A stretch of DNA of 64,000 nucleotides, taken from the IMG/VR virus record IMGVR_UViG_3300010396_000048, positions 4,022 through 68,021 of that record; one strand, given 5' to 3'. Below, piece after piece: positions 32,696 through 41,576 of this stretch; the stretch's first letter is position 1, and each line of letters opens with the position of its first letter. The notes below the pieces were generated by a model. The model did not search any database. It was not told the origin of the DNA and saw only the letters and a program-made list of their open reading frames with translations. The position numbers were made by a program, and so were the translations under genes. The stretch comes from a virus.

Positions 32696-34657
32696 CTAGC
32701 GCGGTTTAGTGGTCAGTGGCCGCGGCAATCCTTTGGACGTCCGGGTGCCGCCGGAGTTGTAGAGCGGCGAGCGTGGGTCGGAAAGCTCGTTGACAAACTC
32801 GCGCGCATTCGTGACATGCGGAAGGTGGACGTTCTGAATCGTAATGTGCGTCGCACGATCGAAGGCGTGGACCGCCTTGGGGGAGGCCCCGAGAGCATGC
32901 CCCGTACGCATGAGGTTTTGGTACGCCATCCACGCTTTTGAACCGTAGGGGGCATTCGGATCCGGAACGACCGGAGCGTTCCCCTCGGCGGACGCATTAT
33001 TGAAAGCGGTGAGGATGTCGGATGGAAGATTCGCGAGCGATGCGAGCTTCGCAATGATACCACCGAGCAATCGAAGCGCCGGAGACGCCTCCGTCGCCGC
33101 GCGCCCTACGTCGCGGATGGTACCGAGCATTTCCTGCCCGACGCCGCGAAGAAAGATGTTGTCGATGGTCTTGCCGGTGCTCACGGCAAACTTTCCAATG
33201 TCTAGCAAGCCGCCGCCGATGAACTTCAACGCCGGAACGATGATTTTAGCGCCGGCACCGATCGCCGCGATGCCCGTACCGATTTCGATACCGCGGAAGA
33301 TTCCGCTTGCGGTTGCCGGGTGCCGCTCGAGGTTCATCGTCGCGTGATAGAGCGCGTTGCCAAACCGTTGGAGGACCGGTGTGAGGTTCTTGATCTCCGG
33401 GCCGGCGAGTGCTGCACCCAAGCTGCCAATACCGCGGGAATCGCGCTGTAGCGCGCCCCAGAAGGTATTCAGGCGCATCGCCTGGTCCTGAGCGATCGAT
33501 GGAATCTTCTCCATCCGCTTCAGAACGTTCATCATCTGCTGGTTGCCACCACCGGCGGCGACGAGCCCAACCAGCGAACCCTGAATACCAAGCGCCGAGA
33601 AGGCGTTGCGGAGGAAGATTTCCTCGGCGTGGGACCTCGCCGTGCCGGTGAGGCCCTGCGTTTGCGACTCGGCGTACTTCTGCACTTGGCGCAGCGCGCC
33701 GATGACGTCGAAATAGGTCTGATTCTGGGCGTTCGTCCGAACGAACGGCGTATTGCCGTGCTCGTCGATCAGGCCCATCTTCAGCAAGGCTTCGCGCCGG
33801 CCGCTCTGGGCGTGGCTCGTCATCGCGAGGCCCTGAATGATCTGCCGCTCGAATGCCGCGACGCCCGTACCACCACGACCGCGGCCAAGGCCCGTCTGCT
33901 GCAGCAGGATGCCCAAGAGCACCGACTGACGCATGGCGTCCACGTTGCCGGCCGAGAGGGCCAGCAGTGGGGTGAAATACTTCGATTGCGTGAGGAACTG
34001 CGACATGCCGCCCGGCATGAAGTACGTCGCCTTGTGCAGCATCTCGGCAAATGTGCCGATCTGCTGAGGCGTATACGCCCGGTATTGGTGGGCAAGCTCG
34101 ATCAGCTGCGTGGCCGCCTCGAGCGCCGTGTACTCGTGCTGAGTCCCGGCGGACTTCATCTGCACGATCTCGCCGAACTTCGTGACGGTCGAGAGGAACC
34201 GCGGCGTCAGCGATGACGCCGGCAGGCCGGAAGTCGAAGCGATCGCACCGTAGATGGCAGCAATGTCGGGGGCGCTTTGCGCCGTCGCGAATGCGGTCTG
34301 ATAGACCGAATCGCGGAAGGCGTCCATCGTCTTGCGCGAGGAGTGCGTAGCGATCTGCAGGTTCAACATGGCGCGTTCCATGTTGGCGGCCTGCGTGACC
34401 GAGTAGGCCAGCACGCCGGCACCGGCGAGCGCGACGCCACCGGATACCGCAGAGAAGGCGGCGAGACGCGCCTTTTCGACGCCTGTAATACGATTCTGGA
34501 GCCGGAGGTAGGCGGCTTCCTGAGCGGTGATTTGGCCGCGAAGTTCTGCTTCTCGGATCGCTGTCGCCTTGGTCGCAACGCCGAGGCGCTCCATGTACGA
34601 GATGCCGTTGCCGCCGAACCGAATCGCAGCTTCGACCACCCAGCCGCCTATAGCCAC
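32696..34657 (-). CDS. Tape measure protein
   Basis: 653 aa, Ala/Gly-rich helical; G..G..GGT core; downstream of tail chaperones. Confidence 0.8.
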   Translation of the reverse strand: MAIGGWVVEAAIRFGGNGISYMERLGVATKATAIREAELRGQITAQEAAYLRLQNRITGVEKARLAAFSAVSGGVALAGAGVLAYSVTQAANMERAMLNLQIATHSSRKTMDAFRDSVYQTAFATAQSAPDIAAIYGAIASTSGLPASSLTPRFLSTVTKFGEIVQMKSAGTQHEYTALEAATQLIELAHQYRAYTPQQIGTFAEMLHKATYFMPGGMSQFLTQSKYFTPLLALSAGNVDAMRQSVLLGILLQQTGLGRGRGGTGVAAFERQIIQGLAMTSHAQSGRREALLKMGLIDEHGNTPFVRTNAQNQTYFDVIGALRQVQKYAESQTQGLTGTARSHAEEIFLRNAFSALGIQGSLVGLVAAGGGNQQMMNVLKRMEKIPSIAQDQAMRLNTFWGALQRDSRGIGSLGAALAGPEIKNLTPVLQRFGNALYHATMNLERHPATASGIFRGIEIGTGIAAIGAGAKIIVPALKFIGGGLLDIGKFAVSTGKTIDNIFLRGVGQEMLGTIRDVGRAATEASPALRLLGGIIAKLASLANLPSDILTAFNNASAEGNAPVVPDPNAPYGSKAWMAYQNLMRTGHALGASPKAVHAFDRATHITIQNVHLPHVTNAREFVNELSDPRSPLYNSGGTRTSKGLPRPLTTKPR

Positions 34658-34660
34658 GGG

Positions 34661-35194
34661 CTACTCCTTCTGGATGGCCTCCGTGAGATAGGAGGCCGTG
34701 CCCGATTCGATCGCGCTCGACAACGTCGGAAGCGAGGTCGCGAAGCCCAGCTGAATGCCGAGGGCACCTTCGATGAGTTTGACGACGCCCGCAGCCGAAC
34801 GCTCGAGCGCATACTTGTAGACCGCGCGCGCGACAACAAACTTTTGCGCGCGAACGTTCCAGTAGCCGAATTCGTGATAACCCGCAATCGGCTCGGACGT
34901 TCCGGCTGCGGCTACGTCTGGACCGACGCGCATTTCGGTCGAGTCGCGCAGTAGCGCGCCGTCCCGCAACAGCGGATCATCCGGCGAGTAGCCCTTTGCC
35001 ACACGATCGGCTTGCGTGGCTTCCGCGAGTTCCGGCAACAGATGGTCGCCGTAGCCCTTGCGGACTTCTTGAGCAAGAATACGAGCAGACTCGCCGACAA
35101 CGAGCTGGCCCGTGGGGATCATGACGGCCGGCCGCGCCTCGAGAAACTCTGCAAATTGCATGAGCCCCTCGAAAACCTTCAACGCGCCGCTCAC
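34661..35194 (-). CDS. Virion morphogenesis / tail completion protein (Mu gpG, HK97 gp10-like)
   Basis: LAEAT...R......PLL..G.L.DS...GT....A.YHEFG. Confidence 0.75.
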   Translation of the reverse strand: MSGALKVFEGLMQFAEFLEARPAVMIPTGQLVVGESARILAQEVRKGYGDHLLPELAEATQADRVAKGYSPDDPLLRDGALLRDSTEMRVGPDVAAAGTSEPIAGYHEFGYWNVRAQKFVVARAVYKYALERSAAGVVKLIEGALGIQLGFATSLPTLSSAIESGTASYLTEAIQKE

Positions 35195-35198
35195 GACT

Positions 35199-35384
35199 TC
35201 ACTCCTTAGAAGGTTTGATGAAGTCCCACTCGTCGTAATCCCAGGTGAGTCCCTGCGCCTCTCCCATAGCGATGTGCGTCTGCCAGAGTTCCGGTTCGGT
35301 CATCCGTTCAGCGCGCTCGTAGGGAATGCCGGCGGCGACTACTGCGTAGAAGAGTCGCTCGAGGGGGGACTGTTTTCGTTTTTT
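35199..35384 (-). CDS. -1 frameshift extension of tail assembly chaperone (gpGT-like)
   Basis: Slippery A AAA AAC at 35378-35384; -1 frame continues KRKQSPLERLFYAVV...KPSKE* to just before the next gene. Confidence 0.75.
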   Translation of the reverse strand, partial: KKRKQSPLERLFYAVVAAGIPYERAERMTEPELWQTHIAMGEAQGLTWDYDEWDFIKPSKE

Positions 35385-36055
35385 AGGACTTCCGGTTTCA
35401 CGGAGAACACGACGGTATAGGCCGAACCGAGTTCGTCCAGGTCGAGACCCGTGAACCGGCGCAACACACCGTCGAGCGCCTCGATTGTTTCCGGAGGCGG
35501 CACTTCCTGGCCATCGATCGACGCGACGGCAATGCCCGTCCGGTAGTACCCGATCCGCGCCACCTCGCCGCGCGTCCACGAATCGGCCTGCATCTGCTGG
35601 CGTGCCGTGATCTCGCGCATGGCGACCTTTTTACCCGACGTCAGTTCGAACACGCGGTTCCCATCCGGTCCGAGTTCCGTGATGAAGTCGAGGACCGACT
35701 CCAGCGTGCTCGCGGACTCCATGCCTTCTTCGCCGATCTCGACGAACTTCTTCAGGATCGCGTCCTTGAACGGGGTCCACTGCGCCTTGTATGCGTCGCG
35801 GAGTTCGTCCTGATCGCGTCCGGAAAGGCGTTCGATCATCATCTCGAGATTCGCCGATGAGAGCACCGGCCCAATCAGGACTTCCGTACCGTCCTCAAGC
35901 GTCAGTTTCTTGATCGATGCGGCGATGCGGTAGTATTCGGTCCTCATCGGATCCGACATAGCGCAGCAGTCCGCTCGGACTTGCTCTGCGCTCGAGAGTG
36001 GATGCAGTTCGGCGACCTTTCCGGTGGAAAGGCGCACGGTGATCTTGTCGCTCAA
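35339..36055 (-). CDS. Tail assembly chaperone (tandem-duplicated domain)
   Basis: Between tube and tape measure; two similar halves; GGAGG RBS before TTG. Confidence 0.75.
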   Translation of the reverse strand: MSDKITVRLSTGKVAELHPLSSAEQVRADCCAMSDPMRTEYYRIAASIKKLTLEDGTEVLIGPVLSSANLEMMIERLSGRDQDELRDAYKAQWTPFKDAILKKFVEIGEEGMESASTLESVLDFITELGPDGNRVFELTSGKKVAMREITARQQMQADSWTRGEVARIGYYRTGIAVASIDGQEVPPPETIEALDGVLRRFTGLDLDELGSAYTVVFSVKPEVLKNENSPPSSDSSTQ

Positions 36056-36073
36056 GGCGATACGGGTCCTCCC

Positions 36074-36526
36074 TTAGACGCGCTGCGAGCAGGAGAAGTC
36101 GACGTGCGGCAACGTGATTGACGTGCGCGACCACTGGCCTGCTTTGTATCCGTGAAACACGACGTCGACGAACGTGTTCTGCTCGACGGCGTCGCCCGGC
36201 TTAACCGGAAGGATCGTTTCGACGATTGTGAACCGCCTCGAAGAAAGGCCGGCGTAAAACGCGGCGTCGAGCAGCTTCACGTAGGTCGAGAAGTTGGCGT
36301 TGGCCTTTTCGACTTCGATCGAGCCGGTCCAACCGCCAGGGATTTGCTCGTGATCGACAACGCCGCCGCCGTCGATCGGGGCAGACGTTACGACCTCGTC
36401 CTTTGCGCTCGACTCCATCATACGGCGTTTGCCGTCGAGTTGGACCTGCGCTCCGGTCGTGTTGTCGATGATGACGATCGACTGCTTGGTGCCGGTCAGA
36501 AACGTACCGGTAGCGGTGACGCTCAT
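36074..36526 (-). CDS. Tail tube protein
   Basis: 150 aa beta-rich (GW.GSIE), directly after sheath. Confidence 0.8.
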   Translation of the reverse strand: MSVTATGTFLTGTKQSIVIIDNTTGAQVQLDGKRRMMESSAKDEVVTSAPIDGGGVVDHEQIPGGWTGSIEVEKANANFSTYVKLLDAAFYAGLSSRRFTIVETILPVKPGDAVEQNTFVDVVFHGYKAGQWSRTSITLPHVDFSCSQRV

Positions 36527-36555
36527 GGTTGGTGCTCCCTAACGATGTGGGCTTG

Positions 36556-36585
36556 AAAAAGAAAAAGGAGCGCGTGAAGCGCCCC
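36556..36585 (-). terminator. Intrinsic terminator between sheath and tube
   Basis: GGGGCGC-TTCAC-GCGCTCC-TTTTTCTTTTT. Confidence 0.6.
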
Positions 36586-36609
36586 CGAGGGGTGGAGAAC
36601 CGAGAGCGG

Positions 36610-38568
36610 TTAGCCGCCCTGTGCGACGACGACTTGGACGTTCGGGCCGACCTGAACGAGGTTCAGGATGTATTGCGCGGACGAGAGCGTCGTCACGCTG
36701 ACCGAGATGATCAGGAAGCCCTGACCAACGGTCTGCGGCGTGTTCTGCGAGCCGAGCACGAACGAGAAGTCGCTGATCTGTTTCGGCTGGCCGTTCTTCA
36801 TCTGATTGAAGAAGGCAACCGCGGCCGACTGAATCAGCCCGAACGTGGGCTGACCGAGGTTCGCCGGGTTGGTGTCGATCGGTCCGTCGACGAACTGCCC
36901 TTCGATCTGCTGCAACAGGTCGGTGACGAGGCACAGCATGCGGAAGTCGAGGATGCGCGTGATGCCATCGGACGCCATGCCGTGCGGCAGTCCGAGCAGC
37001 GGGCCGCGCAACGAACGCGGCGGACGACCGATGTACTCGATGCCGTTTTGCTGCCGACGGCCGGCCTCGGCTTGCGTGACCGAGTTGATACCGTTGACGA
37101 TGCGCTCGGTGCCGAGCAGTCCCGCGACGCCATTGACGGGTTGGTTACCCGGCGAGTACGCCGCCGTTTGACCGGCGATCACCGCGGCGATCTTCGCCGA
37201 GGGATACGAGAGAATCGGCTGGCCGACGAAGACGTCGTTCACGCGCAGCCAATCGATGCCGAGTACGAGGCCCGGGTTCGAGAGCGAGTATGCCTGCCGC
37301 GTGGCAATCGCGACGTCGGTGGTCGTCCCTTGCGGGAACGAGAAGTGAATGAGGCAGTTCTCGCGCGTACGCCAGGCGACCATGTCCTGCACGATCGTCG
37401 GGTCGGTGAGGCCAGCGATCATCGCCTGTCCGCCCGAGACCTGGCCGTTGAAGGCGTACAGGCCCGTGGGACCGACTTCGAGGTCTTGGCCGAGCAGAAT
37501 CTCCGGCGTGAGACCGGAGGTGCCGTCCGTGCCGCCGTCGGCCGCTTGCGGCTCGTTCAGCGTGGGCGGAATCGCAGCGTTGCCGGCGACTGCCGTCCAA
37601 TAGGCCGAGCCCGATACGTTGCTGAGCGCGCCGTTGATCGCGGCGATGGCGTTGGTTTGCGCCGTGGCGGAATCGTAACCGCCGCCGGCCGTCGCGTACG
37701 CAACGATATTCGCAAAGACTTCCGTTTGGAAGCCCGGGAAGTTGAGCGAGATCGACAGCACCGGCTGATAGTTCATCGAGCCGGACTGCAAGGTCACGAG
37801 CCCCGACGCGCCGGCGTTGCTCGGGTTGGGCAGCGAACCGGTGAACTTGTTCGTGAGGATGAGGAAGTTGACGTCGCTGCCGTTCGTGCCGCCGGTGAGT
37901 GCCGTCGGGCTGTTGGGCGTGATCGTTGCACCGCCACCCGTGGCTGTACCGGAGATGACGATGGAGTTGCCGCCCGTTCCGGGTTTCAACGCTGCAATGC
38001 CGATCGTATCGGAGCCTCCGGGGAACACCGGTTGAACGAAGGCTTTGCCGCCAACGACCGCGCCCGTCTGATTGAACAGCGCGCATACTGCTGCGACGAT
38101 GTCGTCCAGCGAATCGTCGGCTTGCACCGTGTAGGGCGCCGAAGTGTACGAAAGCGCACCGCTAGCGTTTGATGCCGCGACCGTCATCGTGACGGTGTTG
38201 CCTGCTGCGGGCGAGCCGCCGATGGTTAGTTCGCCGGCTGCGTAGTTTCCGGACGTACCGAGGTCCATGACCGCGGCAACGTCGGTGCCATCCGTACGGC
38301 GCGAGCCGAGGAACTGCTGGCACTCGGGCATGGCGGTCAAACCGGCACGCACGAGCGAATACGGCGAGGCCGTATCGTTACCGAATAGCGCCAGAAGTGA
38401 CGGCCCGTCGGTAAACGGCTGAGGGTCGTCGACGGGTCCGTAGTTGCCGCCGCCTTCGATGGCGATCAGGCCCGTTGCTGGTCCGACCGGAGTCGGTGGA
38501 ACGGTGACCGGACTGGTGAAGACGCCGTCCGTGGTGAAGTTCCCGGGGTTGGTATCCGTGATAATCAT
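36610..38568 (-). CDS. Tail sheath protein
   Basis: 652 aa; GG.NYGPV..P, GGTDG repeats, C-terminal sheath domain. Confidence 0.88.
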   Translation of the reverse strand: MIITDTNPGNFTTDGVFTSPVTVPPTPVGPATGLIAIEGGGNYGPVDDPQPFTDGPSLLALFGNDTASPYSLVRAGLTAMPECQQFLGSRRTDGTDVAAVMDLGTSGNYAAGELTIGGSPAAGNTVTMTVAASNASGALSYTSAPYTVQADDSLDDIVAAVCALFNQTGAVVGGKAFVQPVFPGGSDTIGIAALKPGTGGNSIVISGTATGGGATITPNSPTALTGGTNGSDVNFLILTNKFTGSLPNPSNAGASGLVTLQSGSMNYQPVLSISLNFPGFQTEVFANIVAYATAGGGYDSATAQTNAIAAINGALSNVSGSAYWTAVAGNAAIPPTLNEPQAADGGTDGTSGLTPEILLGQDLEVGPTGLYAFNGQVSGGQAMIAGLTDPTIVQDMVAWRTRENCLIHFSFPQGTTTDVAIATRQAYSLSNPGLVLGIDWLRVNDVFVGQPILSYPSAKIAAVIAGQTAAYSPGNQPVNGVAGLLGTERIVNGINSVTQAEAGRRQQNGIEYIGRPPRSLRGPLLGLPHGMASDGITRILDFRMLCLVTDLLQQIEGQFVDGPIDTNPANLGQPTFGLIQSAAVAFFNQMKNGQPKQISDFSFVLGSQNTPQTVGQGFLIISVSVTTLSSAQYILNLVQVGPNVQVVVAQGG

Positions 38569-38586
38569 GTGGGCCTCTCAATGGGC

Positions 38587-38611
38587 AAACAAAAAGAGGC
38601 CGGTAGGCCCC
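38587..38611 (-). terminator. Intrinsic terminator upstream of sheath
   Basis: GGGGCC-TACC-GGCCTC-TTTTTGTTT. Confidence 0.6.
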
Positions 38612-38645
38612 TCGGACGTGCTGAAGTGCGGGGTTGAAACGAGGT

Positions 38646-38912
38646 TTACGTTGCGCGCAAGATCACGAGACCGTGCGCGTACGGTGACGCATTGGAAAAG
38701 GTCGCGACGATGACGTCGCCAGCAGCCACCGGAATCTTTCCGATAAAGACGCAACGCCTGCCGGTCGATTGCACGACCACCGTGCCGTTTTTCGTCATGG
38801 TCAGTTGGGCGTTTTTATCCTCGGAGCGTGCCATGATGCGACGGACGGCCCCAGTCGCAGAAGCGGTCCAGGTGAGAGCCGTACCGTTGCCGTACGTTGC
38901 GCCGTGAATCAT
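38646..38912 (-). CDS. Small beta-rich virion accessory protein
   Basis: AGGAG upstream, 88 aa, VAAGDVI motif. Confidence 0.6.
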   Translation of the reverse strand: MIHGATYGNGTALTWTASATGAVRRIMARSEDKNAQLTMTKNGTVVVQSTGRRCVFIGKIPVAAGDVIVATFSNASPYAHGLVILRAT

Positions 38913-38924
38913 GCGTCGGGGCTC

Positions 38925-39452
38925 CTACGAAAGCGTGAAGGTAACGTTCCAGGTGCTCGTCGCACCGCCCGATGTCGTCACGGTGAGGGTTGCGGTGTAC
39001 GTTCCCGTGGAACCGTACGTATGGCTGGGGCTCGGCAACGCAGAGGTGTTGGAATCGCCAAAATCCCAGGCGTACGTAATAATCGAACCCTGCGATCCGT
39101 CGACGATCGACAGATTCGTGAAGTCGACCGTAAGGCCGGAGATTTCGATGTCCGCGATCGCGGCGACGGAGCCTTCCGGGCTATCCGTGAATCCGATGTC
39201 GGACTCGACGCTTTGGCTCTCAATGGTGAGGAGACCATCGTCGACCGTGAAAACGGCTTCGCTCGCTTCGGTCGGACCGTCGAGATTGAGCGAACCGCCG
39301 GCACCGATGTGCACGACCGGATCACCGGTTGTTCCACCGTACAACTGTGCGTAGTTCTGAATCTTGAGATCGCCGCCGTTATCAACGAGCACGTCGCAGG
39401 TCAGCTTGGCGTTGAAGGTAAGGTCGGTCGATGCCTGTATGAGTACGGCCAT
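38925..39452 (-). CDS. PKD-domain protein
   Basis: VDFT..S......Y.WDFGD.....P.HTY...G.Y..TLTVT. Confidence 0.85.
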   Translation of the reverse strand: MAVLIQASTDLTFNAKLTCDVLVDNGGDLKIQNYAQLYGGTTGDPVVHIGAGGSLNLDGPTEASEAVFTVDDGLLTIESQSVESDIGFTDSPEGSVAAIADIEISGLTVDFTNLSIVDGSQGSIITYAWDFGDSNTSALPSPSHTYGSTGTYTATLTVTTSGGATSTWNVTFTLS

Positions 39453-39453
39453 G

Positions 39454-40530
39454 TTAGCTCACCACGACCGGACGCTTGGTGACGCAGACTTTCCCATTCC
39501 CGCTGGTGACCGTTAGCGTTACGAGATACGAACCCGCATCGGCATATGCGTAAGTTGGGTTCCGATCGGCACTCGTGCCGGATCCGTCGCCGAAGTCCCA
39601 TGCCCATGACGCTTCGCCGTCGGCGCTTGCATCGGTATAAGTACCGTCTGTGAAGTCGACCGTGTGGCCGCCAACATCTTCGTAGTCGAAGTACGCCAGC
39701 ACGCCGCCGTTCTTCATGTTGATGCTGGCGTCGACGTGCGTGAGGCTCACACCGGCAATGTCAAGCGTTCCACCGCCAAGATTGACGGTCGGTCCAAACC
39801 AGTGGCCGATGAACATCGCCTGGCTCGGCGTGACCGCGCTCATAATCCAACTCGCGTCGGATTCTACCGTTACGTCAACGTCTGAGGCGCCGCTGCCGTC
39901 ATAGCCAGGCTCGACAAAGACCTCATTGCCGTCCGTCGGCAGACCGATCTTCATCACGCCCTTGACGAGGAGCGTGCCGACGCCGGGTCCGAACGACAGC
40001 GAGTTTCCCGCGTCGTCCTGAGCGTCGATAATGAGCGTGCCGCCATCGACGGTGATCGAGTCGCCATCGACGCCGATGTCGAACGCTGGCTCTGCGCCAG
40101 AAGCGGTCGCATTCCCAATGAGGAACGTGCCGCCGTTCTTGACGTAGACCGGCGTGACGCCGCCCATGAGGTTGAACGAGCCGGGGTACGAGTAGTAGAT
40201 GCCGTTTGTATCTACGGTGAAATCGCAGCCTTCGGCTTGGATGTCCAAGCCGGCATCGTCGAACGTAGCCTGAGCGCCGCCGTCCGTATCGACGAAACAG
40301 CGGCCGCTCTCGACGACGAAGATTCCCGAAAAGTTCTTTGCGAGAAAGAATCCGGTCGGCGCGTGAATGACCTCAGCGGTCAGGTCGCCTTCAAGTCCGA
40401 GCGTTGCATCGAGATCTTCGGCCGGTGGTCCAGGAGGAGTCGGCGAAGTCTGTCGTAGGTAGACGTTGGGGCCTTGGACCTGAACGCCCGTGACCTTACG
40501 GTTGGCGACGTTACGGTTGAACTGAATCAT
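39454..40530 (-). CDS. Beta-rich protein with C-terminal PKD domain
   Basis: WAWDFGDG...S...NP.Y.Y...G.Y.VTLTVT; start at ATG 40530 after AGGA. Confidence 0.8.
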   Translation of the reverse strand: MIQFNRNVANRKVTGVQVQGPNVYLRQTSPTPPGPPAEDLDATLGLEGDLTAEVIHAPTGFFLAKNFSGIFVVESGRCFVDTDGGAQATFDDAGLDIQAEGCDFTVDTNGIYYSYPGSFNLMGGVTPVYVKNGGTFLIGNATASGAEPAFDIGVDGDSITVDGGTLIIDAQDDAGNSLSFGPGVGTLLVKGVMKIGLPTDGNEVFVEPGYDGSGASDVDVTVESDASWIMSAVTPSQAMFIGHWFGPTVNLGGGTLDIAGVSLTHVDASINMKNGGVLAYFDYEDVGGHTVDFTDGTYTDASADGEASWAWDFGDGSGTSADRNPTYAYADAGSYLVTLTVTSGNGKVCVTKRPVVVS

Positions 40531-40541
40531 CGGCCATCGTC

Positions 40542-40841
40542 CTAGATCGACTGGCCGACATAGAGCGGACGCAACGGCGTCTGAATGAACGGGCTCGAAC
40601 CATACTGTGCCTGCACCTGCCATTGGTACGTGCCATACTCGCTGGCCGGAAAATCGTTCGGAACGGTCGTGTATGTGGCGTACGTTCCATCGTCCGATGG
40701 CGTCATGTCGAATACTTTGCGCGTATGCGTTACGGGCGAAATCGTCACAAGTTGGACGACAGTCGCTCCAGTGAGGTTGCGGAACCCGGTGCCGACGGTG
40801 GGCGTGAAGGTGATCTCTACGCCGTAGTCGCCTGCCTGCAT
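40542..40841 (-). CDS. Small Ig-like (BppU N-terminal-like) virion protein
   Basis: NLTGAT.......P....G.Y..Y.T...DF....G.Y..Q; AAGGA RBS. Confidence 0.65.
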   Translation of the reverse strand: MQAGDYGVEITFTPTVGTGFRNLTGATVVQLVTISPVTHTRKVFDMTPSDDGTYATYTTVPNDFPASEYGTYQWQVQAQYGSSPFIQTPLRPLYVGQSI

Positions 40842-40852
40842 CGGGTGATTCC

Positions 40853-41518
40853 TTACGCCATGAGCGGAGCGGTGAGATCGACTTGCGCGACGAGTGCGCC
40901 TTCAAAGGCGAGCACGGAAGTGAGGCCACCGCTGAAACTGAGCTGATCGACCAACGGCGCGGACAGTGCGAGCTTAGCTGGTGGCGAACCGCCGCCGGTG
41001 ACTAGACGGCCGACAAACGAAAGCGCTGCCCGGAGAGAGCGGGAGATGAGGCGTGCGATGCCGCCCGCGGGTGCGACGACTGCGGTCAGACGCTTGCGAA
41101 TGGACTTGGCGATCGTAGCGGCCGGAATGATCGCGGCCGTGAACGCCTTACCGATGGCCTTGCCGAGCGCTGAGCTTGCAGCGATTTGCGCTGCCAGGAC
41201 GACACTGTGAACCGTTCCCGTAACCAAAGAGCCAGCCGGGGCGATGACCGCGCTCTGGAGCAATCCTACGGCTTTGGAAAGGGTCGCGGACGATTGAACT
41301 TCAGCCGTCAGAAGCGCAAAGACGGTGCGGGTTAACCCACCGGCCGAGACCGACGCGGCCAGGTTCCTGAAAATCGACCGAACGAGACTTCCGACCGGGG
41401 TGACCGATGCGGCGAGCCGTTTCTCGGTGTTCTTTGCGAGGGAGCCGACCGAGTCGATTTCAGCGGTGAGGTCCTGGATGATGGGGCCCGTATCGTGAGG
41501 CCAAAGGAGTAGTGGCAT
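40853..41518 (-). CDS. Repeat-containing fibre-like virion protein
   Basis: ~20-aa repeats L.A.V...G.L.K.I.K. Confidence 0.65.
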   Translation of the reverse strand: MPLLLWPHDTGPIIQDLTAEIDSVGSLAKNTEKRLAASVTPVGSLVRSIFRNLAASVSAGGLTRTVFALLTAEVQSSATLSKAVGLLQSAVIAPAGSLVTGTVHSVVLAAQIAASSALGKAIGKAFTAAIIPAATIAKSIRKRLTAVVAPAGGIARLISRSLRAALSFVGRLVTGGGSPPAKLALSAPLVDQLSFSGGLTSVLAFEGALVAQVDLTAPLMA

Positions 41519-41576
41519 CCCTTAGCCTCCGAGAAAATCCGATGGGTTTAGAGCAGCGCGCTTATCGCCTGTCTCA

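Noticed and set aside
36529-38172. 547-aa plus-strand ORF, and similar long antisense ORFs (24860..26233, 48065..49270, 59886..60887)
   Set aside because: Shadow frames of well-supported minus-strand genes in GC-rich DNA; no motifs or RBS
26323-38568. Stand-alone contractile injection system (eCIS/tailocin/T6SS)
   Set aside because: Capsid, portal, terminase, integrase and replication genes are present, so this is a phage tail
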